NCBI GenBank assembly: GCA_033442325.1
Contig: JAWQFM010000027.1
Location: 752,563-801,027 of the forward strand
DNA length: 48,465 nt
Direction of reading: 5' to 3'
Source: Salpingoeca rosetta
Lineage: Eukaryota > Protista > Choanoflagellata
Position numbers and translations under genes: made by a program. Shown here piece after piece: positions 1-13,165 of the stretch. Numbering within the stretch: position 1 is the first letter of the stretch; every line of letters begins with the position of its first letter. The notes under the pieces are model-generated. The model did no database searches and was not told the origin of the DNA. It worked only from the letters and a program-made list of their open reading frames with translations.

Positions 1-2904
1 CCAGCCGCTCCAGGTGCAGCAGTGTGTGCGCCAGCACAACACAGCCTCGACGTGCATGGATCCTGTCCCTTCGTGCCATCGACAACAAGCACCAAGCCAC
101 AGCCCCCAAGGTCAAGTGCATCCTCGAAGCAGCTACATCTGTTGGCAGCATTCCTGGCAGCAGCAGCACCATCTCAGCAACAACAGCAACAACACCCACC
201 AATGCAGTTGCATCAGAACCAAGCACTTCCCACCCCAACCGCTTCAGCAGCTACAGCGACGACAATGAGCGTGCATGCACTTGCACACCAACCAACCCAT
301 GTGCGCTTCTCTCCACCGCCACAGAACAGCACTGTGTACCGCGACCGTCCTGTCGATACCAACCATGCACGTTGGCTCGCAAAAGACGCCTCGACAACAG
401 CAGCTACGACAGCAGCTACTGAGTGAAACACAGCAAGTGTCGACAAACCAGCACAAGCAAGGCCTGCCCGTTTGTCGACCGGCAGTGATAGCAGCAGAGA
501 AGATTGCAGTTGGCTGAGACCATGACACCAGGCGAGCCGGCGGAGCACCGCCATGAATTCCACCACCACAACGGCCGCGAAGTGGAAGACGATGCTGTGG
601 TCGCTCCATCATCACCACACTGTGGTGGACTGATGCCCGGTACTCGCGACCTGCATGAGCAGGACACAGACAAGAAGCCGAGTCCCGCATGTAACTGCCC
701 AACTCACGCACGCATCACAGCAGCAGCAGCAACATCAATGGCTGCAGCAGCAACAACAGCATGAACCAGTACAACAGCAGCAGCCGGATGATATGCAGAA
801 GGGTGGTGGTAGAGGCGGCAGGCTGCGTGGCTCAAACATCCCCTCGTTGGTGCTGTCACCAAGCTCCACACGCAAGGAAGCTGACTAAAACAAGGTCAGG
901 AAGCAACCACGTGTCAGCAGACCCGCAAAGTCAAACAAGCCAACCGCAATTCGCAGGGAGGACCCAGCCATACGCCAGCAGATCCTCAAATACCGAGAAC
1001 GAGAACGCCAGAAGCAGCAGCAACAGGAACCACAACGGGCTCAACAGCAACGCGCAGGCAAGCACCGGGCAACGCGTGAGGCAACGGTGAATCGCCAACA
1101 GAACCCCGCAAAGAGAAAGCAGCAAGTCGGCAAGGCAAGGACGAGGTTGTGTCCGGCGTTGCTCCAGGAAACGAAGATCCATTCGACAGCAAAGCGCTCA
1201 GGCGCATCAGCAGCAGCAACAATTGCAGCAGCATGAAAAGAAGAGCAACCTGCAGCAGCAGGAAGCAGTGGCAGCGGCAGCAGCCTCGTAGCGAAAGTGG
1301 CGGTGATGGTGATGGCAGCCATTTGGATACTGCGGGTGTGTGTGGGGTGCTATACGAGGCACAATCATTCGAGATCACACCACAGACGACGATGAAGCTA
1401 ATTGTGTGGTGACGATGATGATTGTTGATGAGAGTCCGAGAGAGTCACGGTCGCTGTGGTGAGGAGAGTCAGACGTGTGATGACTTGTGGGATGGACGCG
1501 CTTCAGTCTTGCCCTCGTGTGCCCATGTTCGTGCGCACCAGAATTGGGCATTGTCAGATGTTTGTTCAAGAGCTCAAGTGACAGTGCGGTGACAGCAATA
1601 TGTCACGAGTAAAGGCATGCGGAATTCACAACAGTGGCGAACCACATCACATTGCATATTGTGTTGTCCTCAGAGCTACACGACATGCTCCTATTTCAAC
1701 TCCGTCTCTGCTTGTATGCTGTGATACCCAGTGCTCGGGAACTGTGTCCACCACATTCACCGTCTCCCAAAACACAACCGCTCATCTCAAGCCCTTCTGC
1801 TTCCATCACACGAGTTCAGAGTACCGTGCCCTCAAAACCGATTCACAGTGCATACCATTTTGCCACAGGTCATGCGCAGCGGAGGGTCGTACTCAACGAC
1901 AAAGGATGCAAGAGGAAAGCAGGAACAGCGGTACCAACAAGGCGCCGCGCTCACACGCACGCTCACAGGGTTTGGGGTGTCGTGGCAGCCAGCCGCCAAG
2001 ATAATGGGCACGCAGCATGAGGAAACAAGGAGCAAGCACCGATAGCTACAGCGCAATGACAAGGAGGGTGGCGGTGGTGGNNNNNNNNNNNNNNNNNNNN
2101 NNNNNNNNNNNNNNNNNNNNNNNNNNNNNNNNNNNNNNNNNNNNNNNNNNNNNNNNNNNNNNNNNNNNNNNNNNNNNNNNATTGCTGCAGGTTACCCTGT
2201 CACTCCTCCACCACTGGCGGCTGGTTCACATGCACACCGCTGCTTGTGACGTCAATCTCGCGACCGCACATGGCGCAGACACGGCGAGGGGGCGGCATGG
2301 CAAGGGTAAGCAGTTGCCTGTGGTCCCGGGAAGGGGAAGACAGGTGGAGAAGGTATGCATGTGTGAGAGTGAATGAGTGTGTGCGTGTGTGTGCATTTAT
2401 GTGTGTGCGTGTGCTTATGTCACCACTGTGTGTGTATGTGCGTGGTAACACTGACAACAACAGAATTGCAGTATCGCATGATGTGACCACGCCTTCACAA
2501 CGTCATCACATCGTGCAATGGTGTCGATTCAGCTCGCAAGCATGGGGCCAAGGTGTGTGAGTGCACACACACGTACATACACACATACATACACACACAT
2601 GTGTCAATCCCTTGATGGATACTCACAAGGCAGGTGTCGGCGATGGCTTCAAAGGTGGTAACCTTGGCTCTGTGTTTGTGTGTGCGTGTGCAGAAACTTG
2701 GTGAGCTCAGCAGTGGGGATGACGACAGTTGCGCAAGACACGAGCAGAGCTCGTGCCAAGGGACAGCAAGATGTTACCAGACAGCATGAATGCTTGAGCA
2801 CGACATGAAGTGAAAATAATTGTTGAGTGGATTTGAGGTTAAATTACTATTGTCAAAACCAACGCTCACATCAGCAACAGCGCAAAGACACAAAGCAACG
2901 CCAG

Positions 2905-3026
<122 letters not shown>

Positions 3027-3198
3027 CTCGCTCTCGTCTGAACGCATACCTGGGTCATGTCTCGCGTCCCACCAGTCAAGGTACAGCATGGCATGCCATG
3101 TGCAAGCTGCCTCATACGGAATGCATGGCATGCTCCCTTCCTGCACACAGTGAATGTGGTTGAAAAACGCACATACACACACACGCACACACACACAT

Positions 3199-3289
<91 letters not shown>

Positions 3290-4192
3290 TGCACCATCGT
3301 GAGGGAGATGTGAAGTGAAGGAACACATGTCGCCACCAGCAAGAACACACGCCCGCATACAATGCTTTTCTGTCACTTCCATTCATTTGCATGTGCTCAT
3401 ACCCACTCACCTGATGCAGAGAAGCAAAGTGACATTGATGACGGCAGCTGATGTGACAAGCAGCGCTGCCGCAAACATGGCCCGCAGCAGTATCCCAAGG
3501 TAATGTGACGACTGCCGATGTTGTCGTGCGAGAGAAGGTCAAGCGAGCTGCAGGTGTGCATTTCCAAACCGTTGCCACTCAACCATTCCCACTTTCCCTC
3601 ATGGTCACGCAACACTGCAGCAGTGCACGTGGCCTGGACAAGAGCACGATGGACCGCACCCGAATCGTGAGTTCTTGCACGTGGCACATGAAAACGGGGA
3701 GAGGGGGAAGTGGAGCGCACATGGGGCGGGCATACGTGAAACTCAATCATGTTTACGACGCATCGCATGTGGCACACGCACGTGCACACACACGCACACA
3801 GCCCACGTGCACACACATACACACACACACACATACACACGCACACATACATATGCACGCCCCGTCTTCTCACCTCTCTGCGTGTGAATTCAGCGCGCGA
3901 ATCCGCTGAAGGTGGCGGTGTTGCCAGCCGTGCTGCTCATGCAATTGGTGGCAGCGGTCGTGACGACGCTGCTGTGGGCACCACGCCGCCTCATGGCGCT
4001 GTTGGTGCCAACGCACGACGCACCACCACCACCTCAGATGCCAACGCCAACACTGATGGTAGCGCCGATACCGCTTGCGGTGCGTGACACATGCCCTGGC
4101 TGCGAATGCAGAGCCACATGGGACAGTGAGAGGTAGCGGTGGCAGAGATGAAACTCACTCGCAGCCGCAAACCGTGAGGTTATTCCTCCGAG

Positions 4193-4273
<81 letters not shown>

Positions 4274-5942
4274 CACCAACGCACACACACTGGTCTTGCT
4301 GTTGCCACGCTCACCTTGGCTGTGACACCATGCAAATGTGTGCGGGCATGGTGAAACAGGACTTGCTGAAGCAAGGTCCACGTGTTGAGCTAGTTCAGAA
4401 GAAGGACGAGCCAAAGCGCACGCCGCGTCCGCTCCACGAACTCCTCCCACCGCACGTCCTGCATCCACCATCACCGCGTCCCGTCCGCGCTCGAGGTCGC
4501 GTTCAGCCAACACGCCTGGTTCCCACGAAACCGCACGTGTGCACATGTGCCAGTCGCCGACGCGCCGCCGCCACCGCCGCTGCCACCGCCGCCGCTGATG
4601 CTGCTGGCCGCGGTGATAGTGGTGTTGATCGTGTCGACAGCGTTGATGGTGATCGTGGACGTGTGTGATCAGGTGTCCTTCAGATGGACACACACACACA
4701 CTCGCACACATGTCCTGCTGGCCATGGCTTGGCCATTGACGCCTTTCGTGTTCTCTGTCTGTGATATTTGCAGTCAGTGCAGTTGGTGTTGTCGGTCGCT
4801 GTCATCATGCTGTCGCTGTCATCATGCTGTCGCTGTCATGGTCGTGGTGCCACTGGTCGTGGTGTTCGCGGATGGTGTGTTGCATTCCCCCAAACCATTG
4901 CCGTTTGTGTCCTTTGTACCTTGATCGTTGATGTCTTCTGTTGTCTCTGGTCGCTGCTGATGCGGCTGCCTCATTGGGGTTGGTGATTGGGCTTGCTTCA
5001 ATCCAAGCCTTCAAATCCCATCTGTCCATGTTCCTCTGCACGTCATGTTCCCTGTCGGCGGACACATGCACACGCACACGCATACACACATACGGGTGAG
5101 AGGTTGTGAGTGAGGACATGCACACACACAGCACTGCTTCATGCAATGCCCGCAACAGCTCACGAGCAGCTTGCATCAATCGCCTCTGACATCACAATTT
5201 GAATCATTTACCTGGCATCGAATTAAACAACAACAAAATGTGTCGTGTGGTTGCGCACATACGAAAGTGAACCTGCCAACAGCCGCCAAAACTCACGCAA
5301 GCCATCTTCGCCCACAACAGCAGCGCACACCAGCACGAGAGAAGAAGCCGAGTAGGTTGAGGGATGAAGGGAGGCAAGGGAGAAAGTAGTGTGGTTGTGT
5401 GCACCCGTGTGATTGTGTTTCAGGTTGGTGTGAGCGCTTGCGCGGTTGCGTGTATGTGTGGGTGGCTGTGCAAACATGAAGGAGTGCACAGGCACAACCA
5501 AGGTCCCACCCAGTGACACTNNNNNNNNNNNNNNNNNNNNNNNNNNNNNNNNNNNNNNNNNNNNNNNNNNNNNNNNNNNNNNNNNNNNNNNNNNNNNNNN
5601 NNNNNNNNNNNNNNNNNNNNNNNNNNNNNNNNNNNNNNNNNNNNNNNNNNNNNNNNNNNNNNNNNNNNNNNNNNNNNNNNNNNNNNNNNGTGTGTGCATG
5701 AGTGCGCATGTGTATGCATGTCGTGGAAGCACGTGTGAGCGTGTGTGTGTGTGTGTGTGTGTGTGAGCGCGCGTGTGCGTGTGTGTGTGCGTGTGTGCAA
5801 CAGTGAATCATGGGCACGTCTACAACCCCTTGCACCATCGCTTCTTCGTCACCACTAACGCACACACAACCCACACACACACACACACACAATTCCTCAC
5901 ACCCACCCTGTGTCGTGTACGCACCCTGTGCAGCGGGCGTGG

Positions 5943-6794
5943 ATGCAAACCCAGCAGACGAGTGCTGCGCGTATGCGCGGTCTTCAATCGGTTCATCGCC
6001 GCATGCGCCGCCGCCGCCACCACCGCCACCTTCCTCAATACTGGCTGGTCCTCAATCTTCTTGAGCGGGAGCGCAGTCGCCAACACCAACACCAACAGCG
6101 CCATCGTCGCTCGCAGCCAACAGCAGCAGCAACGCCACCGCATGCACCCATGGTGACAGCAGCTGCTGGTACACGCGCCCACGACCCACAGCAGCAACAG
6201 CACGTGCCACAAGGGGTCCGTACACCACTTCTCCCATCACCACTGCCATTTCAGCAGCAGTACCATGGCGCGATGTCACCGCCTGGTTATCCGGGGCTCG
6301 CTCCCGTTTATGAGCAGATGATGATGACGACGACGATGGCGCCATTGGCGCCGACGGTGCAGCCGCTACAGATGTACCAGTCGTTCCCACAGCAGCGCGC
6401 TCAACAGCAGCAGCAGCAGCAGCAGCAGCCAGCAACGCACGGCTTCTGCCACTACTGCCACCAGTACCACCATCACGACCACTATCATTTCCACCACCAG
6501 GTTGTGGATGGTGGCCAACACGTGGTGGGACTCCGTCTGCCGCTGCCGCAGGGGCACATCGCTCATCCACCGCTGGGCGAGCGGCAGCAGCAGCGCGTGC
6601 AGGGCGAGATGCTGCGCACACATCCACACGTGCGGCGCAACGCGGCCGGTGAGCAACACGTCTTTCCCGCGCAGCACATGATGTTGGCTAGTCCTCCTCC
6701 TCCACCACCACCACCGCCGCCACCACGCCGCGCTGACAACAGCGGCGGAGACGGCGGCAGTGGCAGTGGCGCTGCTCAGGATGGCGAATGGTGA
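5943..6794 (+). CDS. Hypothetical Q/P/H-rich low-complexity protein (single long exon or part of a gene)
   Basis: Stop-free 284-codon frame from ATG 5943, lying outside dinucleotide repeats, with poly-Q, poly-P and His-rich tracts. No recognisable domain. Confidence 0.35.
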   Translation: MQTQQTSAARMRGLQSVHRRMRRRRHHRHLPQYWLVLNLLERERSRQHQHQQRHRRSQPTAAATPPHAPMVTAAAGTRAHDPQQQQHVPQGVRTPLLPSPLPFQQQYHGAMSPPGYPGLAPVYEQMMMTTTMAPLAPTVQPLQMYQSFPQQRAQQQQQQQQQPATHGFCHYCHQYHHHDHYHFHHQVVDGGQHVVGLRLPLPQGHIAHPPLGERQQQRVQGEMLRTHPHVRRNAAGEQHVFPAQHMMLASPPPPPPPPPPPRRADNSGGDGGSGSGAAQDGEW

Positions 6795-8035
6795 CGATGA
6801 TGACGATGAAGAAGAAGGGGCATGTGGACGCGTGCTTGCATCAGGCCAGGCCAGTTGTCAAAGGGAACGGGCGGATTGTGGTTTGATTCTCCGCTGCTGT
6901 CCTCGTTATGTGTTGGTGTCTGTGCTTGTGTCGGCCTCTCTGCGTCGATGGTCTTCAGCTTCTTCGTCTCCTCCTTTCCTGTGGTGTGTGTTGTTGTCGT
7001 TTATTCAAGGGCCGCGACCGTCATCACTGTCTGTTGTTGCTGTTGTCTGTTGCTGTTCGTTGTTGTTGGAGTGGATGATGTATTTCATCTCCCCTTCCCG
7101 TGTATGCTGCTGCTGTTGCTGCTTCAGCACGCCATGCGTCTTGTTCAATCTTTGCTGTCCTCGTGCACAACACGGTGGCATCTGTCTTGATTCTGCAGCA
7201 GCAAAGCACACCAAGGGAAAGCGTGAGAGGACACACACACACACGCACACACACACACGCACACACGCACACACGCACACACACACACACACGTACACGC
7301 ATTGCCTGTGGAACGGACCGTGGAATGAAATCGCTGCTCGCGTGCTGCGACGTTGCGATGTGGACAGAGAGAGGTATTCACCCAGCATCCGTCTGCCCGA
7401 GTATGCGTGTGTGTATGCATGTACGCGCGCGCATGTTGGCATTGTGAGGGTCAGTTGCACGTTGCAGGAGGTTGGCGGAGTCCAACACACAACACACGCA
7501 CGCAAGACGGTGTGCGTGTGAAAGACAACGTAGAGCACTGGCATGAACACGCAAGCACCCCCGCACGCTGTTCCAAGCGCAGGGGACTTGCCCTCGAAGC
7601 AGCACCACTCACAATCACACGCACACATGCGCGCGCGCACACGCACACGCACAAACACACACATGCGCATGCCCACGCACAAACACACACGCACACACAC
7701 GCGCGCGCGCACACACACACACTCTCATCTACACACTACCTTATGTGCGTGGGTTGGATGGATTGTGTGGCAGCCTCAGCAACCAGCACGATTGTCATAA
7801 CCACACGAGGGCACGCGTTGGCATGGTTGCAGCCGCCTCTGTCGTTCTTCTGGCTTGCATGGAGTCATGCCACTTGGAACTGACAAGCCCAAACGGCAAC
7901 CGCAAAGTGTGAACGTTTGTGTGGCGTGTCAGTAAAGACGAGAGTGAGCAATCGTGGTTGTATGCGTTTCGCGCAAACGCACGATCGGCTCATGATCAAC
8001 CAAGCACAGCCCAACACATGCACACGCACCGGAGC

Positions 8036-8118
<83 letters not shown>

Positions 8119-10202
8119 GTGTGTGTGTGTGTATGGTGTGTGTGTGTGTGTGTGCTCAAAGAACGAAATCTTGTGAACTGCGTGGTCGATTCTCTCCAAT
8201 GTGAAAGCGATGCTCCCTGAACTAGCAAGAGCTATCCCACGCCAAAGAGCACAGTGCGTGTACCTGTGGTTGGTTGCAGGCCTGTGGAGTGCTCACAGCG
8301 AGTGTGCACATCTGCCAAGGCAGTCACTGGGCTGATGTGTGCTATATCAGGGAGAAAGACGGGAAGCCAGAGCCAGAGCCATGAAAGAGACCTTCACTTC
8401 TTCAGTGCAGTTCAGCCGAGTAAGCCTCCTTGTTTCTGTTTGCTCCGATCGCAGCCTTGCGTGTTCGAGGGTGCAAGCGCAGCAAGCGTGCTGCCCACTG
8501 TTTCCATTGTCGAGCGCGTTTGTGTCTGTGGTGTGCGAATGTGTGGTCGGCAGTGAATCACCATGCATGCAAGCGCGCCAACAGGCAAACTCTCACAACG
8601 AACACACGCTGTGTCCATGCTCTCAGCGTATTTGCCCGGCAACCTCCACTCACCACCAGAAACACTGACACGACGCACAAAACTCACTGCAAGCAACGTG
8701 GTGGTGTCCGTCATCGTGCCTGCGATCACTGCAGGAGTGTCGCCACTTGAGCCATCTACTTGGCGGGCAGCTCGGTCAGGGGACAAGTATCGCGCCTTGG
8801 CGCCATGGCACGATCGAAAATGTGTATGTCACGCATATAATTGGATGTGAGAACATATCAACCCCTGTCTGTGTCACACACAGCTGTGTTTAACAACCCA
8901 CCTCGCATCACCACCAGAAGCACAACGACATGTGTTCTCTTCCATTTGCGCTCAACGAGCCATTCTCCTCCCTCACTCTAGCACTCTTACCCCTGACTCC
9001 ACTCCCACGTTGCAACACGCATGCACAAGCCGCATTTATTCCAAACGCCATGAACTTACTTGAAGGCAGTGGTGGCGGCACCAGGGTGATGCTGGTTTGG
9101 GTGTAGGCAGTAGAGTGCCAGTGACACGTGCATCGCATCAGTCAGTTGACACNNNNNNNNNNNNNNNNNNNNNNNNNNNNNNNNNNNNNNNNNNNNNNNN
9201 NNNNNNNNNNNNNNNNNNNNNNNNNNNNNNNNNNNNNNNNNNNNNNNNNNNNNNNNNNNNNNNNNNNNNNNNNNNNNNNNNNNNNNNNNNNNNNNNNNNN
9301 NNNNNNNNNNNNNNNNNNNNNNNNNNNNNNNNNNNNNNNNNNNNNNNNNNNNNNNNNNNGCAGCGACACACACGCCTGCTGTTGTCATCTTTCAAGAGCA
9401 AGACAGAGCCAACACAAAGCACAGAGAGAGAGACGCACGCAACCCCTTATGCCTGCAGTGCATCTCTAGCTGGCTGCCTGCAACAACAGAAGAGGCGCAG
9501 AGCCCGCCACTCACATCACGCACCACCATTGTCGTCGTGGTTGTCTTCTGCAGCACAACAGCTTGTTTGCTGTCTGTGCTTTTGCTTGCAAGCAAGCACG
9601 CAAGCATTGTTCGGCACAGAACCAAAAACACACGGCCCTGACCAACGCTTCGCAAACAAAACGTGGTTGAGTGAAAGTTGTTGCGTTTCTGGCAACCCGT
9701 CCACATTGCACTCTTCCACTCCACCTCCTCGCTCATCGTCCACTGACGGACCTTCCCTTGCCCGCTCCCTTGCCATCAAGGCAACGCAGGGAACGAACAC
9801 ATGTTAAGACGTGTTGCAGTGGGCCAAAGCGCCAACCCTGACAACCCCCAAGCTCAACCAATCCTGACAACAACTTTTTCGCATGGAAAAGGTGTTTTTC
9901 CCTTTGTTGTCTCCTTGCTGCGTGCCCAGTGGCTGGAACGAAAGTCATGGCGACGCGTAGGATGTGGGTGTGGTTGTGTGGCTGCCAGCTGCAGCAGAGC
10001 AGGGAGATGGGAGATGATGATGGTTGGTGGGTGGTTGGCGCTTTGACATTTTTCCAACCACCTCGACACCCATCGGAAGTCACACTCCAGCACACACTCA
10101 CATAGCGAGGACAATCACCCACAGTTACCCAATACCGGCAACAGCAACCAAGCAACTCTTGCCAACGACAACCTCTTCCACGAGAAGAAGAGCGGGCAAA
10201 AC

Positions 10203-11315
10203 ATGATGGCACACACATCCACCGCATCCATGCTGCACTTCCTGATGATCGTGCTCGCCACGGCCCTCACTGCGGCCTCACCGGTCACGGCACAACAGAA
10301 CGGCACAGCGGTCCCTGCCGCGTACCGCATCCAAATCGGCTGCGTCCTCTCCCCACTTCACCCAGGTGGGTTCCATGTGTTTGTGCGTGGCTGTGCGCGT
10401 GCAAAGGTGTACGTGCAAACGCATTGGTGTTCTCGCTTGCTTGTTGGTTTCCTTGCCACCCCTGCAGCGTGTCGCTGTCGCTGCGTCACTTCCACTTGCT
10501 TGTTCGCGAACTCGCAACTCCACGACTTGGGCGTTGTCACATCACCACACACGCACACTTGCTTGCATTTTCCGTGTCACCAGAGGCATGTGATGCCTAC
10601 GAGAACTTCCTGAACGCTGTTATCCCCGGCCTCTTTGCCTTTCACCGCATGTCGGAACTGGAGCTGCTGGATCAGGTCGACACCCTGGAGTATGCACTCG
10701 TCGACACCAAGACCATGTCTTGCCTCGACGTCGAACAAGGATTCGCCCCTCTCAACGGCTTTGGCCTCCCCGTCGTCACAGGTGTGTGTGTGTGTGTGCC
10801 TGTGCCTGTGTGTCTGCGTGTGTCTGTGTGTGTGTGTGTGTGTCTGTGTCTGTCTGTCTGTGTGTGTGTGTCTGTCTGTCTGTCTGTGTGTGTCTGTGTG
10901 TGTCTGTGTGTGTGTGTGTGTCTGTGTGTGTCTGCGTTTGCCTCTCTGAGCGAGTGTCAGATGTTTGCCTCTCTGAGCGAGTGTCACGTCGTCAACCGCT
11001 TGAGAAACTGCTCAACCGCACGAACAGCTTGATTTCTCGCAAAGGTGACCAACTTACCACTCTCCACCCCTTTTGCAATACCTTCACTGCGTTACACAGC
11101 CGCTGGCGACTCAGGAGACGAGGTCAAGTTTGTGGACACCGTTGGCGGTGTGATGTTCACCATGCGCGACTCCCGCATTGTCTCGCTGTCTGACCTCAAG
11201 GACCAGGTCATCGCCGGCACCACCATCACGGACTTTGCGAGCACGCACGCCAACTTTGCCAAGTACCGCAGCAAGATTGGCACTGACCTCATCGACGACG
11301 CAGCCGAGGTGCGGT

Positions 11316-11376
<61 letters not shown>

Positions 11377-12177
11377 GATGTGTGTGTTGATGTGTGTGTG
11401 TGGTGCAATCCTGTGCACATTGGCCTCCTGGCTTGTCTCCTGTCTCACTCCTGTCTCACACCAACACCGCACCACACTGCAACATCTGCCCCAACTCAAA
11501 CACACAGATCCAGTTCCTGGGCACACACGAGCGTGTGCTTGATGCCGTGCTGTCTGGCGATGCTGCTGCCGGCATGGTGCAAACCGGTTTCCTCGAGCAA
11601 GCCGCCCATGACGGGCTGCTCAACTGGGAAGACATCGACATCCTCGCCCAGGAGATTGCCATCACCGAAGACGGCACGCGCTTCCCCTACTTCAGCTCAA
11701 CCCCCATCTACCCAGGTTGGACCGTTGTTGCCACCAGCTTCTCATCGCTGCAGGCGCGCACCGATGTGCTCAACTTTGTCCTCGCCGTCCCCAGCACCAC
11801 CATCGCCTTCACGTCGCCCGAGAGCTTTGCCGGTGTCGGCGATATCCTGGTGAGCGAACTGAGTTGTGGAGAGGGGCTTGTGTGGTACGCATGTTGCTGC
11901 ATGCTTCCACTGCGCACACACATGACAGTGCTTGCTTGCTTGGCTGCGGCATGCACATGCACAACACTCGCGCATTCCAATTCCAATGCTTCCACACACT
12001 CATTCCCCACCTATCACGTTCGCTCCAACATGATCACAACCACCAACACAGGAGAACTTTGGCGTGATTGAGCGCGATCTTGTGCGCACGACAGAGACCC
12101 GCTGCGTCCGCAAGGCGTCCCACGTCGTCGTCCCGGAGACGAACGAGGGTGCACGCACCCGCCGTTGCGATGGATGA
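10203..12177 (+). CDS. Secreted or receptor ectodomain protein with PhnD/SsuA-like (phosphonate-binding, type 2 periplasmic binding fold, TtrS-sensor-like) domain; 3' end uncertain because of the gap
   Basis: GT-AG exons 10203-10365, 10584-10781, 11100-11308, 11508-11849 and 12052-(12148 donor or TGA 12177) join in consistent phase. Signal peptide [16 protein letters not shown]. Motifs [50 protein letters not shown] and [13 protein letters not shown] match my recalled consensus for bacterial sensor-kinase PBP domains (GGVIF..R.D..I..L.DLKG, GTHD.VV.AV..G.ADAG.VRT..LE, FP...ST.LYPEW). Confidence 0.8.
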
Positions 12178-12294
12178 TGGCGAAGCACAAGCTNNNNNNN
12201 NNNNNNNNNNNNNNNNNNNNNNNNNNNNNNNNNNNNNNNNNNNNNNNNNNNNNNNNNNNNNNNNNNNNNNNNNNNNNNNNNNNNNNNNNNNNNC

Positions 12295-13017
12295 GACCTT
12301 GGCCGCCGCGTGGACAGACTGGTGCTGCGGTGCTCTGGCCATTGCCGCATCGAAGATCTCCGTGACATCCCCGACAGCGTGCACGTTGGCCTTGAGGCGC
12401 ATCAGGCTGTGAACATTGGCGCCCCGGTACCGCCGTGCGTGCAGGAGCTGCAGTTGCTCTGCAACGAGACGTTTCAGCCGCGCTTCGTGACCAGTGTGCC
12501 GCACCTTCGGCTGCAGGCTGAGGCCGGCGCGTACGTCCGTGTTCATGATATCCACTACCTCTCGGGTCGACAGCACCTGCACCTTGAGCGCTGCAAGTTG
12601 GACGGCATCATTGCCGAGTGCGAGCAGCTTGTGCTGGCTGACTGCTCCGGTGCCGTCACCATCTCCTCCACAGCATGTCTGACGGTTGTGAACGCCGCCC
12701 GAACCACCTCCCGGCCACACAGCCCAGACCACCCACTGCTGCTGCGCTCTATCACCGACGTGTCCACGTGCCGGCTCGAGGGCTGTCACATTGGCAGCTT
12801 CTCCTGCTTCGACAGCATCCAGCGCCTCATCCTCAACAACTGCGAATTTGATGATGTGAGCAGCCTTCCACACGTCACCTCGCTCGTGCTTCGCGGCTGC
12901 AGGAGCACCGGCAATGCTGGCAACTGGCAATGGCCTAACGTCGTGATGGTGCACCAATCACCCACGGAAATGGCAGCCACGCTGCAGACAAGGCGTACCG
13001 CCGATCGCTCGGAGTAA
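12295..13017 (+). CDS. 3' part of a degenerate leucine-rich-repeat-like solenoid protein (5' end in gap)
   Basis: Frame open from the gap to TAA 13017. Repeated LxLxxC units (HLHLERC, QLVLADC, TCRLEGC, RLILNNC, SLVLRGC). GC-rich coding-type composition without microsatellites. Confidence 0.6.
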   Translation, partial: DLGRRVDRLVLRCSGHCRIEDLRDIPDSVHVGLEAHQAVNIGAPVPPCVQELQLLCNETFQPRFVTSVPHLRLQAEAGAYVRVHDIHYLSGRQHLHLERCKLDGIIAECEQLVLADCSGAVTISSTACLTVVNAARTTSRPHSPDHPLLLRSITDVSTCRLEGCHIGSFSCFDSIQRLILNNCEFDDVSSLPHVTSLVLRGCRSTGNAGNWQWPNVVMVHQSPTEMAATLQTRRTADRSE

Positions 13018-13018
13018 C

Positions 13019-13069
<51 letters not shown>

Positions 13070-13077
13070 TGGGGAGG

Positions 13078-13165
13078 GATCGGGAATCGTTTGTGTCTGA
13101 TGTGTAATCGTATTCCTGTAGATCGGGAATCGTTTGTGTCTGATGTGTAATCGTATTCCTGTAGA
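13078..13165. repeat. Perfect 43-bp tandem duplication
   Basis: GATCGGGAATCGTTTGTGTCTGATGTGTAATCGTATTCCTGTA occurs at 13078-13120 and 13121-13163, followed by GA. Confidence 0.95.

Noticed and set aside
10203-12177. Bacterial contamination as the source of the PBP-like gene
   Set aside because: It has four spliceosomal introns, two with host-type GT microsatellite tracts.
12052-13017. Fusion of the PBP-like domain to the downstream LRR-like ORF
   Set aside because: They are separated by a 100-N placeholder gap and no TM segment is visible, so a fusion cannot be supported.
13078-13165. 43-bp repeat as a CRISPR array
   Set aside because: Only two adjacent copies, no spacers, no cas genes, eukaryotic context.
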